The notes beneath the pieces were generated by a model. That model saw only the letters and a program-made list of their open reading frames with translations, searched no databases and was not told the origin of the DNA. A DNA stretch of 64,000 nt from an uncultured Gemmatimonadales bacterium (lineage in GTDB: Bacteria > Gemmatimonadota > Gemmatimonadetes > Longimicrobiales > Longimicrobiaceae). Position 1 is the first letter of the stretch; the number at the start of each line of letters is the position of its first letter. The DNA is taken from assembly GCA_963716255.1 (NCBI GenBank), contig OY970303.1:7808001-7872000 (forward strand). Direction: 5' to 3'. Both the position numbers and the translations under genes were made by a program. Positions 19,215-28,936 of this stretch are shown piece by piece.

Positions 19215-20188
19215 TGGCGCACCCGACGGGGCCGTACCTGGGCAAGGACCTGGTGGGTCTGGAGGACCTGAGCGCCGAGCAGATCACCGCCATCCTGGAC
19301 ACCTCCGAGCCGTTCAAGGAGATTTCCGAGCGCGCCATCAAGAAGACGCCGGTGCTGCGCGGCAAGACCATCGTCAACGCCTTCTTCGAGAACTCCACCC
19401 GCACCCGCATCTCCTTCGAGTTCGCGCAGAAGCGGCTCTCCGCCGACACCGTGAACTTCGCCGCCGGCGGCTCCTCCGTGTCCAAGGGCGAGACGCTGGT
19501 GGACACCGCGCGGAACCTGGAGGCCATGCGCATCGACATGGTGGTGATCCGCCACGGGGCATCCGGCGCGGCGCGCTTCCTGGGCGAGCGCATCGCCTCC
19601 AACGTCGTCAACGCCGGCGACGGGCGGCACGAGCACCCCACCCAGGGGCTGCTGGACATGCTCACCCTGCGCGACCACTTCGGGCGCATCGCCGGACTCA
19701 GGGTGTGCATCGTGGGCGACGTGCTGCACTCGCGCGTGGCCCGCTCCAACATCTGGGGCCTCAGGAAGCTGGGCGCCGAGGTGGCCGTGTGCGGGCCCCT
19801 CACCCTGCTCCCGCGCGAGGTGGGGGAGATGGGCGTCACCGTCTTCCGGCGGGTGGAGGAGGCCATCGAGTGGGCCGACGCCCTCAACATCCTCCGCCTG
19901 CAGCTGGAGCGCATGCACGGCGGCTTCATCCCCTCGCTGCGCGAGTACAACCGCGTCTTCGGGGTGAGCAGCGCCCGGCTGGAGCGCGCCCCGCGCGACG
20001 TCCTCATCCTGCACCCGGGACCGATGAACCGGGGAGTGGAGATCGACAGCGACGTGGCGGACGGGCCGCACAGCGTCATCCTGCAGCAGGTGACCAACGG
20101 GGTCGCCGTCCGCATGGCGGTGCTCTACCTCCTGGCCGGGGGAGCGCCGGAACGAGCCGAGGCCGCCAAGCGGGGAGGGGAAGCGTGA
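19214..20188 (+). CDS. pyrB: Aspartate carbamoyltransferase catalytic subunit
   Basis: [31 protein letters not shown] coupling to pyrR. Confidence 0.97.
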   Translation: MAHPTGPYLGKDLVGLEDLSAEQITAILDTSEPFKEISERAIKKTPVLRGKTIVNAFFENSTRTRISFEFAQKRLSADTVNFAAGGSSVSKGETLVDTARNLEAMRIDMVVIRHGASGAARFLGERIASNVVNAGDGRHEHPTQGLLDMLTLRDHFGRIAGLRVCIVGDVLHSRVARSNIWGLRKLGAEVAVCGPLTLLPREVGEMGVTVFRRVEEAIEWADALNILRLQLERMHGGFIPSLREYNRVFGVSSARLERAPRDVLILHPGPMNRGVEIDSDVADGPHSVILQQVTNGVAVRMAVLYLLAGGAPERAEAAKRGGEA

Positions 20189-21474
20189 GGCCCGTGCTGA
20201 TCCGGGGCGGGCGAGTGATCGACCCGTCGCAGAAGATGGACGCAGTGCTCGACGTGCTGCTGCACGACGGCGCGGTCGCACAGACCGGGGAGCGGCTGGA
20301 CGCCCCCGAGGGCGCCGAGACCGTGGACGCGGTGGGGCTGGTGGTGTGCCCCGGGCTCATCGACGTGCACGTGCACCTGCGCGAGCCGGGGCAGGAGCAC
20401 AAGGAGACCATCGCCAGCGGCGCGCGGGCCGCGGCGGCCGGCGGCTTCACCGCCGTGGTCGCCATGCCCAACACCGACCCGCCCATCGACAGCCCCGCCT
20501 CCGTGGGCTTCGTGCTCGCCGAGGGGCTGCGGGCCGGGGCGGCGCGCGTCTTTCCCAGCGGCGCCATCACCGTGGGGCAGAAGGGCGAGCAGCTCACCGA
20601 GATCGGCGAGATGGTGGGCGCCGGCGCCGTCACCATCACCGACGACGGCCGCCCGGTGATGAACGCCGGCATCATGCGGATGGCGCTGGAGTACGCGCAG
20701 ACCTTCGGGCTGGCGGTCGCGGTGCACGCGGAGGACATCACGCTCTCCCGCGGCGGCTCCATGAACGAGGGGCTGGTCGCCACGCGGCTGGGGCTCACCG
20801 GCATTCCCAACGCCGCCGAGGACGTGATGATCGCCCGCGACCTGCTCCTGGCGGAGCTGACCGGGGGGCGGCTGCACATCCAGCACGTGGCCACGATGCG
20901 CGGGGTGGAGATGATCCGCGAGGCGAAGGCGCGCGGGGTGCGCGTGACGGCGGAGGCCACGCCCCACCACTTCACCCTCACCGACGCGGCGGTGGACCCG
21001 TACCGCACCGACGCCAAGATGAACCCGCCGCTGCGGTCCGAGGCGGACCGCGCCGCGGTGGTGGAGGGGGTGCGCGACGGGACGCTGGACGTGATCGCCA
21101 CCGACCACGCGCCGCACCACTACGACGAGAAGGAGCAGGCGTTCGAGGACGCGCCCAACGGCATCGTCGGGCTGGAGACGGCGCTCGGGCTGGCGCTCAC
21201 CGAGCTGGTGGGCAAGGGGGTCGTCGACCTGCCCACGCTGGTGGAGCGGATGAGCTGCGCCCCGGCGCGCGCCATGTCGCTCCCGGGCGGCACGCTGCGC
21301 CCGGGCTCCCCGGCCGACGTGACGCTGTTCCACCCCGACGCGGAGTGGACGGTGGACGCGGCGCGCTTCCTGTCCATGAGCCGCAACACCCCGTTCCGCG
21401 GCTGGACGCTGCGGGGCCGCCCCGTACGCACCATCGTGGGAGGGAGGACCGTATGGGAGGGAGCGGCGGAATGA
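20185..21474 (+). CDS. pyrC: Dihydroorotase
   Basis: [28 protein letters not shown]. Confidence 0.95.
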   Translation: MRPVLIRGGRVIDPSQKMDAVLDVLLHDGAVAQTGERLDAPEGAETVDAVGLVVCPGLIDVHVHLREPGQEHKETIASGARAAAAGGFTAVVAMPNTDPPIDSPASVGFVLAEGLRAGAARVFPSGAITVGQKGEQLTEIGEMVGAGAVTITDDGRPVMNAGIMRMALEYAQTFGLAVAVHAEDITLSRGGSMNEGLVATRLGLTGIPNAAEDVMIARDLLLAELTGGRLHIQHVATMRGVEMIREAKARGVRVTAEATPHHFTLTDAAVDPYRTDAKMNPPLRSEADRAAVVEGVRDGTLDVIATDHAPHHYDEKEQAFEDAPNGIVGLETALGLALTELVGKGVVDLPTLVERMSCAPARAMSLPGGTLRPGSPADVTLFHPDAEWTVDAARFLSMSRNTPFRGWTLRGRPVRTIVGGRTVWEGAAE

Positions 21475-22580
21475 CCTGGACGCTGCACGCGCCCCTGCCG
21501 GCGCGGCGCGCGGACCTGCGCGCCTTCTGCGGGGGCGCGTTCCCCTGGCCGCTGGTGGGCGAGCTGTCCGACGGGAGCGAGGTGACGGCGTGCTACCTGG
21601 TGCACGACAAGCAGCGCCGCGAGACCCGCGCGGCGAAGCCGTTCCTGCAGCTCACCCTGGGCGACCGCACCGGCACCATCAAGGCCATGGTGTGGGACGA
21701 CGCGGACCGGCTGGACGCGCTGGTGGCCCCGGACGACGTGATCGGGGTGCGCGGCCGGGTGGGCTCGTACAACGACCAGCTCCAGGTGACGGTGCTCGCC
21801 GCCGAGCCGCTGCAGGTGGTGGACGACGACCTCGCCTTCTTCCTCCCCTGCTGCCCGCGCGACCGCGAGTCGCTGTCGAAGGAGCTGGACCGGCTGATCG
21901 CCACCGTCGAGGACCGGCCGCTGCGCACGCTGCTGGAGCGCTGCCTGGGGCGGAAGACGGCGCTGGGCCGCACCTTCCGCGTGCACCCGGCGGCGAAGCG
22001 GAACCACCACGCCTACCTGGGCGGGCTGATGGAGCACTCGCTCTCCGTGGCCCTTTCCTGCGACCGGCTGGCCGCGCACTACATGGGGCAGGGGGCGCGC
22101 ATCGACCGCGACCTGCTGGTGGCCGGGGCGCTGCTGCACGACGTGGGCAAGGTGCGCGAGCTGAGCGCCAACCGCAGCTTCGGCTACACGGTGGAGGGCC
22201 AGCTCCTGGGGCACATCGTCATCGGGATCCAGATCGTGGGCCGCGAGGCGGAGGGGATCCCCGGGCTCGCGCCGGACCGGCTGCTCCTGGTGCAGCACCT
22301 GGTCGCCAGCCACCAGGGGCGCCTGGAGTGGGCCAGCCCCAAGGTGCCGCAGATGCTGGAGGCCATGCTGCTCCACTACGCGGACGACCTGGACTCCAAG
22401 ATGAACCCGGCGATCTCGCTCCTGTCCGGGGTGGCGCCGGGGGAGTTCGCCCCGTACGACCGCAACCTGGACCGCGCCCTCTTCAACCCGGCCCCGCCCG
22501 TCCTGGCGCGCGCGCCCGAGCTGGAGCCCGTGGCCCCCGAGGCGGCCGCCGAAGTCGTGTTCGACCTGTTCCGCGGCTGA
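21471..22580 (+). CDS. yhaM: OB-fold/HD 3'-5' exoribonuclease, YhaM family
   Basis: LGDRTGTI (OB fold), HPAAKRNHHAYLGGLMEHS, LLHDVGK, GHI, ADDLDSK. Confidence 0.85.
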   Translation: MTWTLHAPLPARRADLRAFCGGAFPWPLVGELSDGSEVTACYLVHDKQRRETRAAKPFLQLTLGDRTGTIKAMVWDDADRLDALVAPDDVIGVRGRVGSYNDQLQVTVLAAEPLQVVDDDLAFFLPCCPRDRESLSKELDRLIATVEDRPLRTLLERCLGRKTALGRTFRVHPAAKRNHHAYLGGLMEHSLSVALSCDRLAAHYMGQGARIDRDLLVAGALLHDVGKVRELSANRSFGYTVEGQLLGHIVIGIQIVGREAEGIPGLAPDRLLLVQHLVASHQGRLEWASPKVPQMLEAMLLHYADDLDSKMNPAISLLSGVAPGEFAPYDRNLDRALFNPAPPVLARAPELEPVAPEAAAEVVFDLFRG

Positions 22581-22614
22581 CGCCGGCCGCACAACGCACC
22601 CCCCGGAGTTCCCA

Positions 22615-23598
22615 ATGGAAACACCCCCTGCCACCGACGCCCCCTCGGCGGTCGAGACGCTCACCCGCCGGCGCGCGCAGCTGCAGGACTGGCTCGGCCG
22701 CCTGGGCGAGGTGGGGAGCGGCGTCCCCGGCCACGTGACCGACCGCGTGCGCCGCGACTACGAGGACCGGCTGCGCTCCGTGACCCAGGAGCTTTCCGAG
22801 CACCGCGAGGCGCTCACCGCCGAGCTGGACGGCCGGCGCGCGGAGCTGGAGGGCGCGGACGCCCACCGGGTCGCCGCCGCGGATGACCTGGAGGAGGCGC
22901 GCCTGCGCCACCTGATCGGCGAGCTCGCCGAGGGGGACTGGGACGCGCGCCGCCCCGAGCTGGAGACCGCCCTCGCCACGGCCGAGACGCAGGCCTCCGG
23001 CGTCCGCGCCGAGGTGGAGCGCCTGGACGCGCTGCTGCGCGACATGCCCGGCGCCGCCCCGGAGCCGCCGGCCGAGCCCGCCGCCCCCGCGACCCAGGCC
23101 GCCGCACCCGCCGCCGCGGACACGGAGCAGCCGGAGTGGATGTCGGAGGCGGAGGACGAGCCGGAGCCGGAGCCGCGCGCACCGGAAGCCTTCCTCCCGC
23201 CGCGCGACACCAGCGACGACACCATCCCCGAGTTCACGCCCTACGCGCAGGACGACCGGGCGAGCGCCGCCGCCGCGGACGACGACCTTGGGGTGGACCT
23301 GTCGTGGCTGGAGGACGTGGAGCAGGTGTCCACCTCCGCGGAGCGGTCCGGCGGGGACGCCGCCGCCCCCGCGGACGAGGAGGACAGCTCGGCCGACGAC
23401 CTGGCCTTCCTGGAGGAGCTGGACCGCGCCATCTCGGCCTCCCCCGCCGCGGGCCAGGCCGGGTCGCCTTCGGCCGCTCTGCCGGACCCGGACCGCACGC
23501 TGGACCCGGACCGCGCCGGGATGCTGCTGTGCAAGGAGTGCGGCGCCATCAACGAGCCGCAGCTCTGGTACTGCGAAATCTGCGGCTCCGAACTGTAG
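22615..23598 (+). CDS. Coiled-coil/acidic protein with C-terminal zinc ribbon
   Basis: N-terminal coiled coil, acidic low-complexity middle, CKECG...CEICG. Confidence 0.75.
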   Translation: METPPATDAPSAVETLTRRRAQLQDWLGRLGEVGSGVPGHVTDRVRRDYEDRLRSVTQELSEHREALTAELDGRRAELEGADAHRVAAADDLEEARLRHLIGELAEGDWDARRPELETALATAETQASGVRAEVERLDALLRDMPGAAPEPPAEPAAPATQAAAPAAADTEQPEWMSEAEDEPEPEPRAPEAFLPPRDTSDDTIPEFTPYAQDDRASAAAADDDLGVDLSWLEDVEQVSTSAERSGGDAAAPADEEDSSADDLAFLEELDRAISASPAAGQAGSPSAALPDPDRTLDPDRAGMLLCKECGAINEPQLWYCEICGSEL

Positions 23599-23617
23599 CG
23601 GCCGCTGAAACGGGGTC

Positions 23618-23759
23618 GGCCGCTGAAACGGACGCAGCTCTGCGTGGGAACATCGGTTCCCTGCGGTCACGCTGCTCGTCGGGTCTCCCTGCGACGTACA
23701 TGAAGTACGTCTCAGTCGCGCCTCCTCGCGCGCCTTGATCTGCACCCGTTTGAGCGGCC
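23618..23759. mobile_element. MITE-like element (142 bp) with imperfect 23-bp terminal inverted repeats
   Basis: Left GGCCGCTGAAACGGACGCAGCTC versus reverse complement of right GGCCGCTCAAACGGGTGCAGATC (19/23); internal GACGTAC/GTACGTC hairpin. Confidence 0.5.
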
Positions 23760-23805
23760 TCCGGGCATCCTGGAGGAACGGCAACAGCCAGGCACGGCAA
23801 AAGAA

Positions 23806-23845
23806 AAGACCCACTCCCGCGGCCCGGGGAGTGGGTCTTCTGTTT
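23806..23845. terminator. Terminator hairpin
   Basis: AAGACCCACTCCC/GGGAGTGGGTCTT stem, A-run upstream and CTGTTT downstream. Confidence 0.7.
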
Positions 23846-23874
23846 CGTACTTCGTACTGCCGTTCCCGGACGCG

Positions 23875-23910
23875 AAAAGGCCCGCGGGACCGTGACGGTC
23901 CCGCGGGCCT
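23875..23910 (-). terminator. rpsT terminator
   Basis: AGGCCCGCGGGACCG/CGGTCCCGCGGGCCT stem followed by a T-run on the minus strand. Confidence 0.75.
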
Positions 23911-23935
23911 CCCGAACGTCCGGAAGCGGCGTCGC

Positions 23936-24193
23936 TTACGCGCCGAGCTTCTGGACGAAGGCGGTCAGGCGGGACTTGGCCCGCGCGGCCTTGTTGGGGT
24001 GGATCAGGCGCTTGGAAGCGGCCCGGTCCAGAAGGGAGATCGCCTCCTTGAGCGCGCTGCCGGCCGTCTCCGCGTTCTCCGCCTTGCGGACGTTGCGAAG
24101 CGCGGTGCGCAGCCGCGAGCGGCGGGCCCTGTTACGCTCGGCGCGGACCTCGCTGGTCCGCATCCGCTTTTCGGCAGACTTGACGTTCGGCAA
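23936..24193 (-). CDS. rpsT: 30S ribosomal protein S20
   Basis: PNVKSAEKRMR...IHPNKAARAKSRL; TTG start with RBS GGAGGT. Confidence 0.96.
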   Translation of the reverse strand: MPNVKSAEKRMRTSEVRAERNRARRSRLRTALRNVRKAENAETAGSALKEAISLLDRAASKRLIHPNKAARAKSRLTAFVQKLGA

Positions 24194-24254
24194 ACTGACC
24201 TCCGGAAGATCTATGCTGGGGTTGGTTCCTGGATACCGCGAACAGGAAAGCGGA

Positions 24255-24283
24255 AAAATACCGAAAGGGTCCAGGCGTGTCAA
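24255..24283 (-). promoter_or_regulatory. Sigma70 promoter for rpsT
   Basis: Minus strand TTGACA-N17-TATTTT. Confidence 0.6.
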
Positions 24284-24301
24284 GCGCAGGGCCGCGCGAT
24301 T

Positions 24302-24330
24302 TTGACACCGGGGAGCGCCGCCGCTAGCTT
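24302..24330 (+). promoter_or_regulatory. Sigma70 promoter, likely giving a leaderless mRNA
   Basis: TTGACA-N17-TAGCTT, then 6 nt to ATG 24337. Confidence 0.65.
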
Positions 24331-24336
24331 GCGCGC

Positions 24337-24993
24337 ATGGAACAACTTCTGATCTCGCTTCCCGTCCTGATCTTTTCGGTGGTGGTGCACGAGGTGGCGC
24401 ACGCGTACGTGGCGCGCAGCCAGGGCGACAACACCGCGTTCATGCTGGGGCGGATCACGCTCAACCCCCTCCCGCACCTGGATCCCCTCGGGAGCGTGCT
24501 CCTCCCCGGGATCATGGCGCTCACCGGCGGCCCCATCCTGGGGTGGGCCAAGCCGGTCCCGGTGAACCCCCGCAACTTCCGCGACTACAAGCGCGGCGAC
24601 ATCCTGGTCTCGCTGGCCGGAATCGCCTCCAACCTGGCGCTGGCCGTCGTGTTCACGCTCCTGCTGGCGGCCACGCTGGCCGCGGCGCGGGCGCTGCCGG
24701 ACGAGATGCGCGCGTGGGCGGTGCTCGCCGCCATGTTCCAGGCGGGGATCTACATCAACCTGCTGCTGGCGCTCTTCAACCTGATCCCCATCCCGCCGCT
24801 CGACGGATCGCACGTCATGGTGTACCTGCTCCCGGTGCGGCTCGCGGTGAAGTACCGCGAGGTGGGCCGCTTCGGGATGCCCATCCTTTTCGCGCTCCTC
24901 CTGCTGGGCGGGTTCCGCTTCCTGTCGGTGCCGGTGGGGTTCCTGATGGCGAGCGCGCTCGCCGCCGCGCAGGCGCTGGCGGGCGCGGGGTAG
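24337..24993 (+). CDS. Site-2 protease (peptidase M50)
   Basis: HEVAH, GWAKPVPVNP, NLIPIPPLDG. Confidence 0.93.
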   Translation: MEQLLISLPVLIFSVVVHEVAHAYVARSQGDNTAFMLGRITLNPLPHLDPLGSVLLPGIMALTGGPILGWAKPVPVNPRNFRDYKRGDILVSLAGIASNLALAVVFTLLLAATLAAARALPDEMRAWAVLAAMFQAGIYINLLLALFNLIPIPPLDGSHVMVYLLPVRLAVKYREVGRFGMPILFALLLLGGFRFLSVPVGFLMASALAAAQALAGAG

Positions 24994-24997
24994 CGCC

Positions 24998-25756
24998 GTG
25001 GAGCCGCAGTCGCCGCCCGCGCCGCAGCTGGACCTGTTCCAGGTGGACCTGGAGCGCTTCCAGGGGCCGCTGGACCTGCTGCTGCACCTGATCCGCAACC
25101 AGGACATCGACATCTTCGACATCCCCATCTCGCGGATCACCGAGCAGTTCCTGGCGGCGATCCGGAGCGTGGACCGCCTGGAGCTGGAGCGCGCGGGGGA
25201 GTTCCTGGAGATGGCCTCCATCCTGGTGCGCATCAAGGCGCAGATGCTGTTCCCGCGGCGGACCGACGACGGCGAGGAGGAGGACCCGCGGGCGGACCTG
25301 GTGCGGCGGCTCCTGGAGTACGAGCACTTCCGCGAGGCGGCGGGGCTGCTGGTGGAGGCGGAGCGGGCTAGGGCGCGCATGTGGACGCGCGGCTACGTCG
25401 AGGCCCGCCCCAGGCGCGCCCTGCCATCCGTGCCGCTGGACACCGGGTGGAGCGAGGTGTGGGAGGCGGCGCTGCGCCTCGGCGCGCGCGCGGCCGAGCC
25501 GGAGACCGTGTACCGCTTCCAGGGGCGGCCGGTGCGCATCGAGGAAAAGATGGAGCTGGTGCTGCAGGCGCTGCAGGAATCGCGGCGGGTGGAGTTCGCG
25601 GCGCTGGTGTCGCCCTGGGGGACGCGGATGCACGCGGTGGTCTCGCTGCTGGCCTGCCTGGAGCTGGCCAAGCGCAGCCGGGTGCTGGTGCGGCAGGCGG
25701 CGCCCTTCGCGCCGCTGTGGGTGTACCGCCGCCGCCGCGAGGAAGAGGCCGCGTGA
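24998..25756 (+). CDS. scpA: Segregation and condensation protein A
   Basis: FQGPLDLLLHLI, EDPRADLVRRLLEY, LACLEL. Confidence 0.93.
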   Translation: MEPQSPPAPQLDLFQVDLERFQGPLDLLLHLIRNQDIDIFDIPISRITEQFLAAIRSVDRLELERAGEFLEMASILVRIKAQMLFPRRTDDGEEEDPRADLVRRLLEYEHFREAAGLLVEAERARARMWTRGYVEARPRRALPSVPLDTGWSEVWEAALRLGARAAEPETVYRFQGRPVRIEEKMELVLQALQESRRVEFAALVSPWGTRMHAVVSLLACLELAKRSRVLVRQAAPFAPLWVYRRRREEEAA

Positions 25757-26325
25757 GCCTGGCGCGCCCCAGCCGGGTCGTGGAGGCCATCCTGTTCGCC
25801 AGCCAGACGCCGCTGTCCGCTGCAGAGCTGGCGCGCGGCGGCGAGGACATGGACGAGGAGACGGTGGAGGCGGCGCTCGCCGAGCTGCGCGCGGAGTACG
25901 AGCGCGAGGGGCGCGCCTTCGGGGTGTTCGAGGTGGGGGGAGGGTGGCAGCTCCTCACCCGCCCGGAGTACGCGCCGGTGCTGGAGCGCTTCGACAGCGT
26001 CCCCGCCAACGCGCGCCTTTCCTCGCCCGCGCTGGAAACGCTCGCCATCATCGCCTACCGGCAGCCGGTGGGGCGCGCGGAGATCGAGGAGATCCGCGGG
26101 GTGGGGGCCGGCGGGGTGCTCAAGACGCTGCAGGACCGCGAGCTGGTGGAGGTGACCGGGCGCGGCGAGGGGCTGGGGCGGCCGCTGCTGTACGGGACGA
26201 CACGGCGCTTCCTGGAGCACTTCGGGTTCCGCTCCATGGACGACCTTCCCCGCCCGGAAGAGCTGCCCGTGGTGCTTTCGAAGATCAACGACGAGGGGAG
26301 ACCGGATGGCGCGCAGGCAGGGTAG
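25753..26325 (+). CDS. scpB: Segregation and condensation protein B
   Basis: VEAILFAS, LETLAIIAYRQP, IEEIRGV, YGTT..FLEHFG. Confidence 0.94.
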   Translation: MSLARPSRVVEAILFASQTPLSAAELARGGEDMDEETVEAALAELRAEYEREGRAFGVFEVGGGWQLLTRPEYAPVLERFDSVPANARLSSPALETLAIIAYRQPVGRAEIEEIRGVGAGGVLKTLQDRELVEVTGRGEGLGRPLLYGTTRRFLEHFGFRSMDDLPRPEELPVVLSKINDEGRPDGAQAG

Positions 26326-27064
26326 GCCGACGGCGGAGGGGGAGCCCGTACGCCTCCAGGTGTTCATCGCCCGGTCGGGGATCGCGTCGCGGCGCGGGGC
26401 CGAGGAGCTGATCGCCGAGGGGCGCGTGTGGGTCAACGGCGAGACCGTGACCTCCCCGGGGACCAAGGTGACGCCGGGGGTGGACCGGGTGGAGGTGGAC
26501 GGCGAGGCGATCGCCTCGGCGGTGGAGACGATGTGGGTGGCGCTGCACAAGCCCAAGGGCTACGTCACCACCCGCCACGATCCCTACGGCCGCAAGACCA
26601 TCTACGAGCTGCTCCCGGCCAAGCTGCACCACCTCTTCCACGTGGGGCGGCTGGACCGCGACAGCGAGGGGATCCTCCTCCTCACCAACGACGGCCCGGG
26701 CGCGAACCGCTTCCTTCACCCGCGCTTCGGCGTCACCAAGGAGTACCTGGTGGACGTGGACGGCCGCCCCACCGCCGACGAGTTCCGCCGCCTGGTGGCG
26801 GGGGTGGAGCTGGAGGACGGGACGGCGCGGGCCGAGTCCGCCGAGCGCCTGCACCAGGTGGACCTGGACGTGTGGCGCATCCGCGTGGTGCTCCGCGAGG
26901 GGAAGAAACGCGAGGTGCGCCGCATGCTGGACGCGGTGGGGCACCCGGTGCGCCGCCTGATCCGGCGCCGCTTCGGCCCGGTGGAGCTGGGCGAGCTCCC
27001 CTCCGGCAAGTGGCGGGTTCTGGGGCCCGCCGAGCTTCGCGGCCTGATGAAAGGGCCGGGATGA
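26306..27064 (+). CDS. rluB: rRNA pseudouridine synthase (RluB/RsuA family)
   Basis: S4 domain SRRGAEELI, HKPKG, GRLD, EGKKREVRRM; scpAB-rluB synteny. Confidence 0.85.
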   Translation: MARRQGRPTAEGEPVRLQVFIARSGIASRRGAEELIAEGRVWVNGETVTSPGTKVTPGVDRVEVDGEAIASAVETMWVALHKPKGYVTTRHDPYGRKTIYELLPAKLHHLFHVGRLDRDSEGILLLTNDGPGANRFLHPRFGVTKEYLVDVDGRPTADEFRRLVAGVELEDGTARAESAERLHQVDLDVWRIRVVLREGKKREVRRMLDAVGHPVRRLIRRRFGPVELGELPSGKWRVLGPAELRGLMKGPG

Positions 27065-27075
27065 ACTGCTGACTT

Positions 27076-27208
27076 GGGCGTGCCCCCGGCTGTGCCGGGG
27101 TCGGGCTTCGGCTCCGTAAGGCAGCAAACAACGCTGCCTAACGGAGTCGAGCCCCGGCGGAAACAGCCCCGCCGGGTCTCGCCCCTCCGGGCCGAAATCC
27201 CTCACGCG
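27076..27208 (+). ncRNA. Structured repeat family A, copy 3
   Basis: Variable stems AGGCAGC-AAACAAC-GCTGCCT and CCGGCGG-AAACAGCC-CCGCCGG. Confidence 0.6.
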
Positions 27209-27269
27209 GGCTCCGGTGCATTCCGCGGCTGCCGAATCTTCGAACCATCTACCTACGAACGCTTCGCAC

Positions 27270-28928
27270 ATGGAAATCCGGGGCTCTCGCATTCTCCTGC
27301 TGGGCGGGTCCGGGCTCGTCGGGACGGCGCTGGCGCGCCAGCTCCTCCCGCTGAAGCCGGCGCTGGTGGTCATCTCGGGGCTCACGCGGGACGAGGCGGA
27401 GGGGGGCGTCGCGGAGCTGCGCCGCGAGCCCGACGCGGAGGGGGTGGAGATCGTGCCCGAGTGGGGGGACATCTTCCTCCCCGCGGAGCTCAAGGACATC
27501 CGCCGCCGCGACATCGTGGAGGACCCGGCGGCGCGCGCGCAGATCCTGGACGACCTGCTGGGACCGCTCACCGAGGACGTGATCGAGCGCTCGGCGCTGG
27601 GGCGGATCATCGCCCGGCACCGGCCGGAGGTGATCGTGGACACCATCAACACGGCCACCGCCTTCGCCTACCAGAACGCCTTCGACAGCGCCAGCGAGCT
27701 GCGCGAGAAGGCGCGGCGCGGCGAGGCCGACCTGGACGCGGTGGAAACTCACCTGGCGACCATGTACCTGCCGCAGCTCATCCGCCACGTGCAGCTGGCG
27801 CTGGAGGTGATGAAGCGCGCCCGGACGCAGGTGTACGTCAAGGTGGGGACCGCCGGCACGGGGGGGATGGGGCTCAACATCCCCTTCACCCACTCGGAGG
27901 AGCGCCCCTCGCGCGTGCTCCTGGCCAAGTCGTCCATCGCCGGGGCGCACACGCTGCTCCTGTACCTGATGGCGCGCACCCCGGGCGCCCCCACGGTCAA
28001 GGAGATCAAGCCCACGGCGGCGATCTCCTGGAAGAGCATCGGCTTCGGCGACGTGAAGCGCGGCGGGCGCACCATCCGCCGGGTGGACGCCGTGGCGCCG
28101 GTGCCCGTGGCCGAGCTGGCGGCGGACGGCGCGGCGGAGGGGAGCTGGCGCGACACCGGCGAGGCGCTCACCGGGGTGTATGTGGACTCGGGGGAGAACG
28201 GGCTCTTCTCGCCGCCGGAGTTCGAGACGCTGACGGCGCTGGGGCTGATGGAGTTCATCACCCCGGAGGAGATCGCCCAGGACGTGGTGCGCGAGATCCG
28301 CGGCCAGCCCACCGGGCACGACGTGGTGGCGGCGCTGGACGCGTCCACCTCGGGCCCCACCTACCGCGCCGGGGTGCTGCGGCAGTCGGCGATGGCGCGC
28401 ATGGAGGAGCTGGAGCGGGAGCACGGCCAGGAGAGCGTCGCCTACGAGATGCTGGGGCCGCCGCGCCTTTCCAAGCTGCTCTTCGAGGCGGCGATCCTGG
28501 GGCGGCTCACCGGCGGCGCGCTGGACGCGGCGGCGATGCTGGACCCGGACGCGGCCGCGGCGCGCGCCGAGGCGCTGGTGCTGGAGGACGCCCAGCTGCG
28601 CACGGCGATCCTGTCCATCGGGCTCCCGGTGCTGCTGCGCGACGGCGAGCGCGTGCTCCGCGGGGCGGACGTCAAGGTGGCCCCGGCGCCCGGCGAGCCA
28701 TGGGAGCGCACGGTGGAGAACGGCTGGGTGGACCTGCGCCCCGCCAACTGGGCCCACTGGCGCGCCCGTGCGGACGCCATCTGCCGGCGGCTGGACGCCT
28801 GCGGCGACGCTTCGGTGGGCTCCCGCTGGGACGTGGAGCCGTGGGAGCGCGCGCGCCGCATCCGCCCCGGGGCGCTGGCGGCGTGGGTGTTCCGCCACGA
28901 GGACCGCGGCGAGCGCATCAAGCGCTGA
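27270..28928 (+). CDS. Large atypical NAD(P)-binding SDR-like protein (552 aa)
   Basis: N-terminal LLGGSGLVG Rossmann motif, DTINTAT, GTAGTGGMGLNIPFTHSE. Confidence 0.75.
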   Translation: MEIRGSRILLLGGSGLVGTALARQLLPLKPALVVISGLTRDEAEGGVAELRREPDAEGVEIVPEWGDIFLPAELKDIRRRDIVEDPAARAQILDDLLGPLTEDVIERSALGRIIARHRPEVIVDTINTATAFAYQNAFDSASELREKARRGEADLDAVETHLATMYLPQLIRHVQLALEVMKRARTQVYVKVGTAGTGGMGLNIPFTHSEERPSRVLLAKSSIAGAHTLLLYLMARTPGAPTVKEIKPTAAISWKSIGFGDVKRGGRTIRRVDAVAPVPVAELAADGAAEGSWRDTGEALTGVYVDSGENGLFSPPEFETLTALGLMEFITPEEIAQDVVREIRGQPTGHDVVAALDASTSGPTYRAGVLRQSAMARMEELEREHGQESVAYEMLGPPRLSKLLFEAAILGRLTGGALDAAAMLDPDAAAARAEALVLEDAQLRTAILSIGLPVLLRDGERVLRGADVKVAPAPGEPWERTVENGWVDLRPANWAHWRARADAICRRLDACGDASVGSRWDVEPWERARRIRPGALAAWVFRHEDRGERIKR

Positions 28929-28936
28929 TCCCCGCC

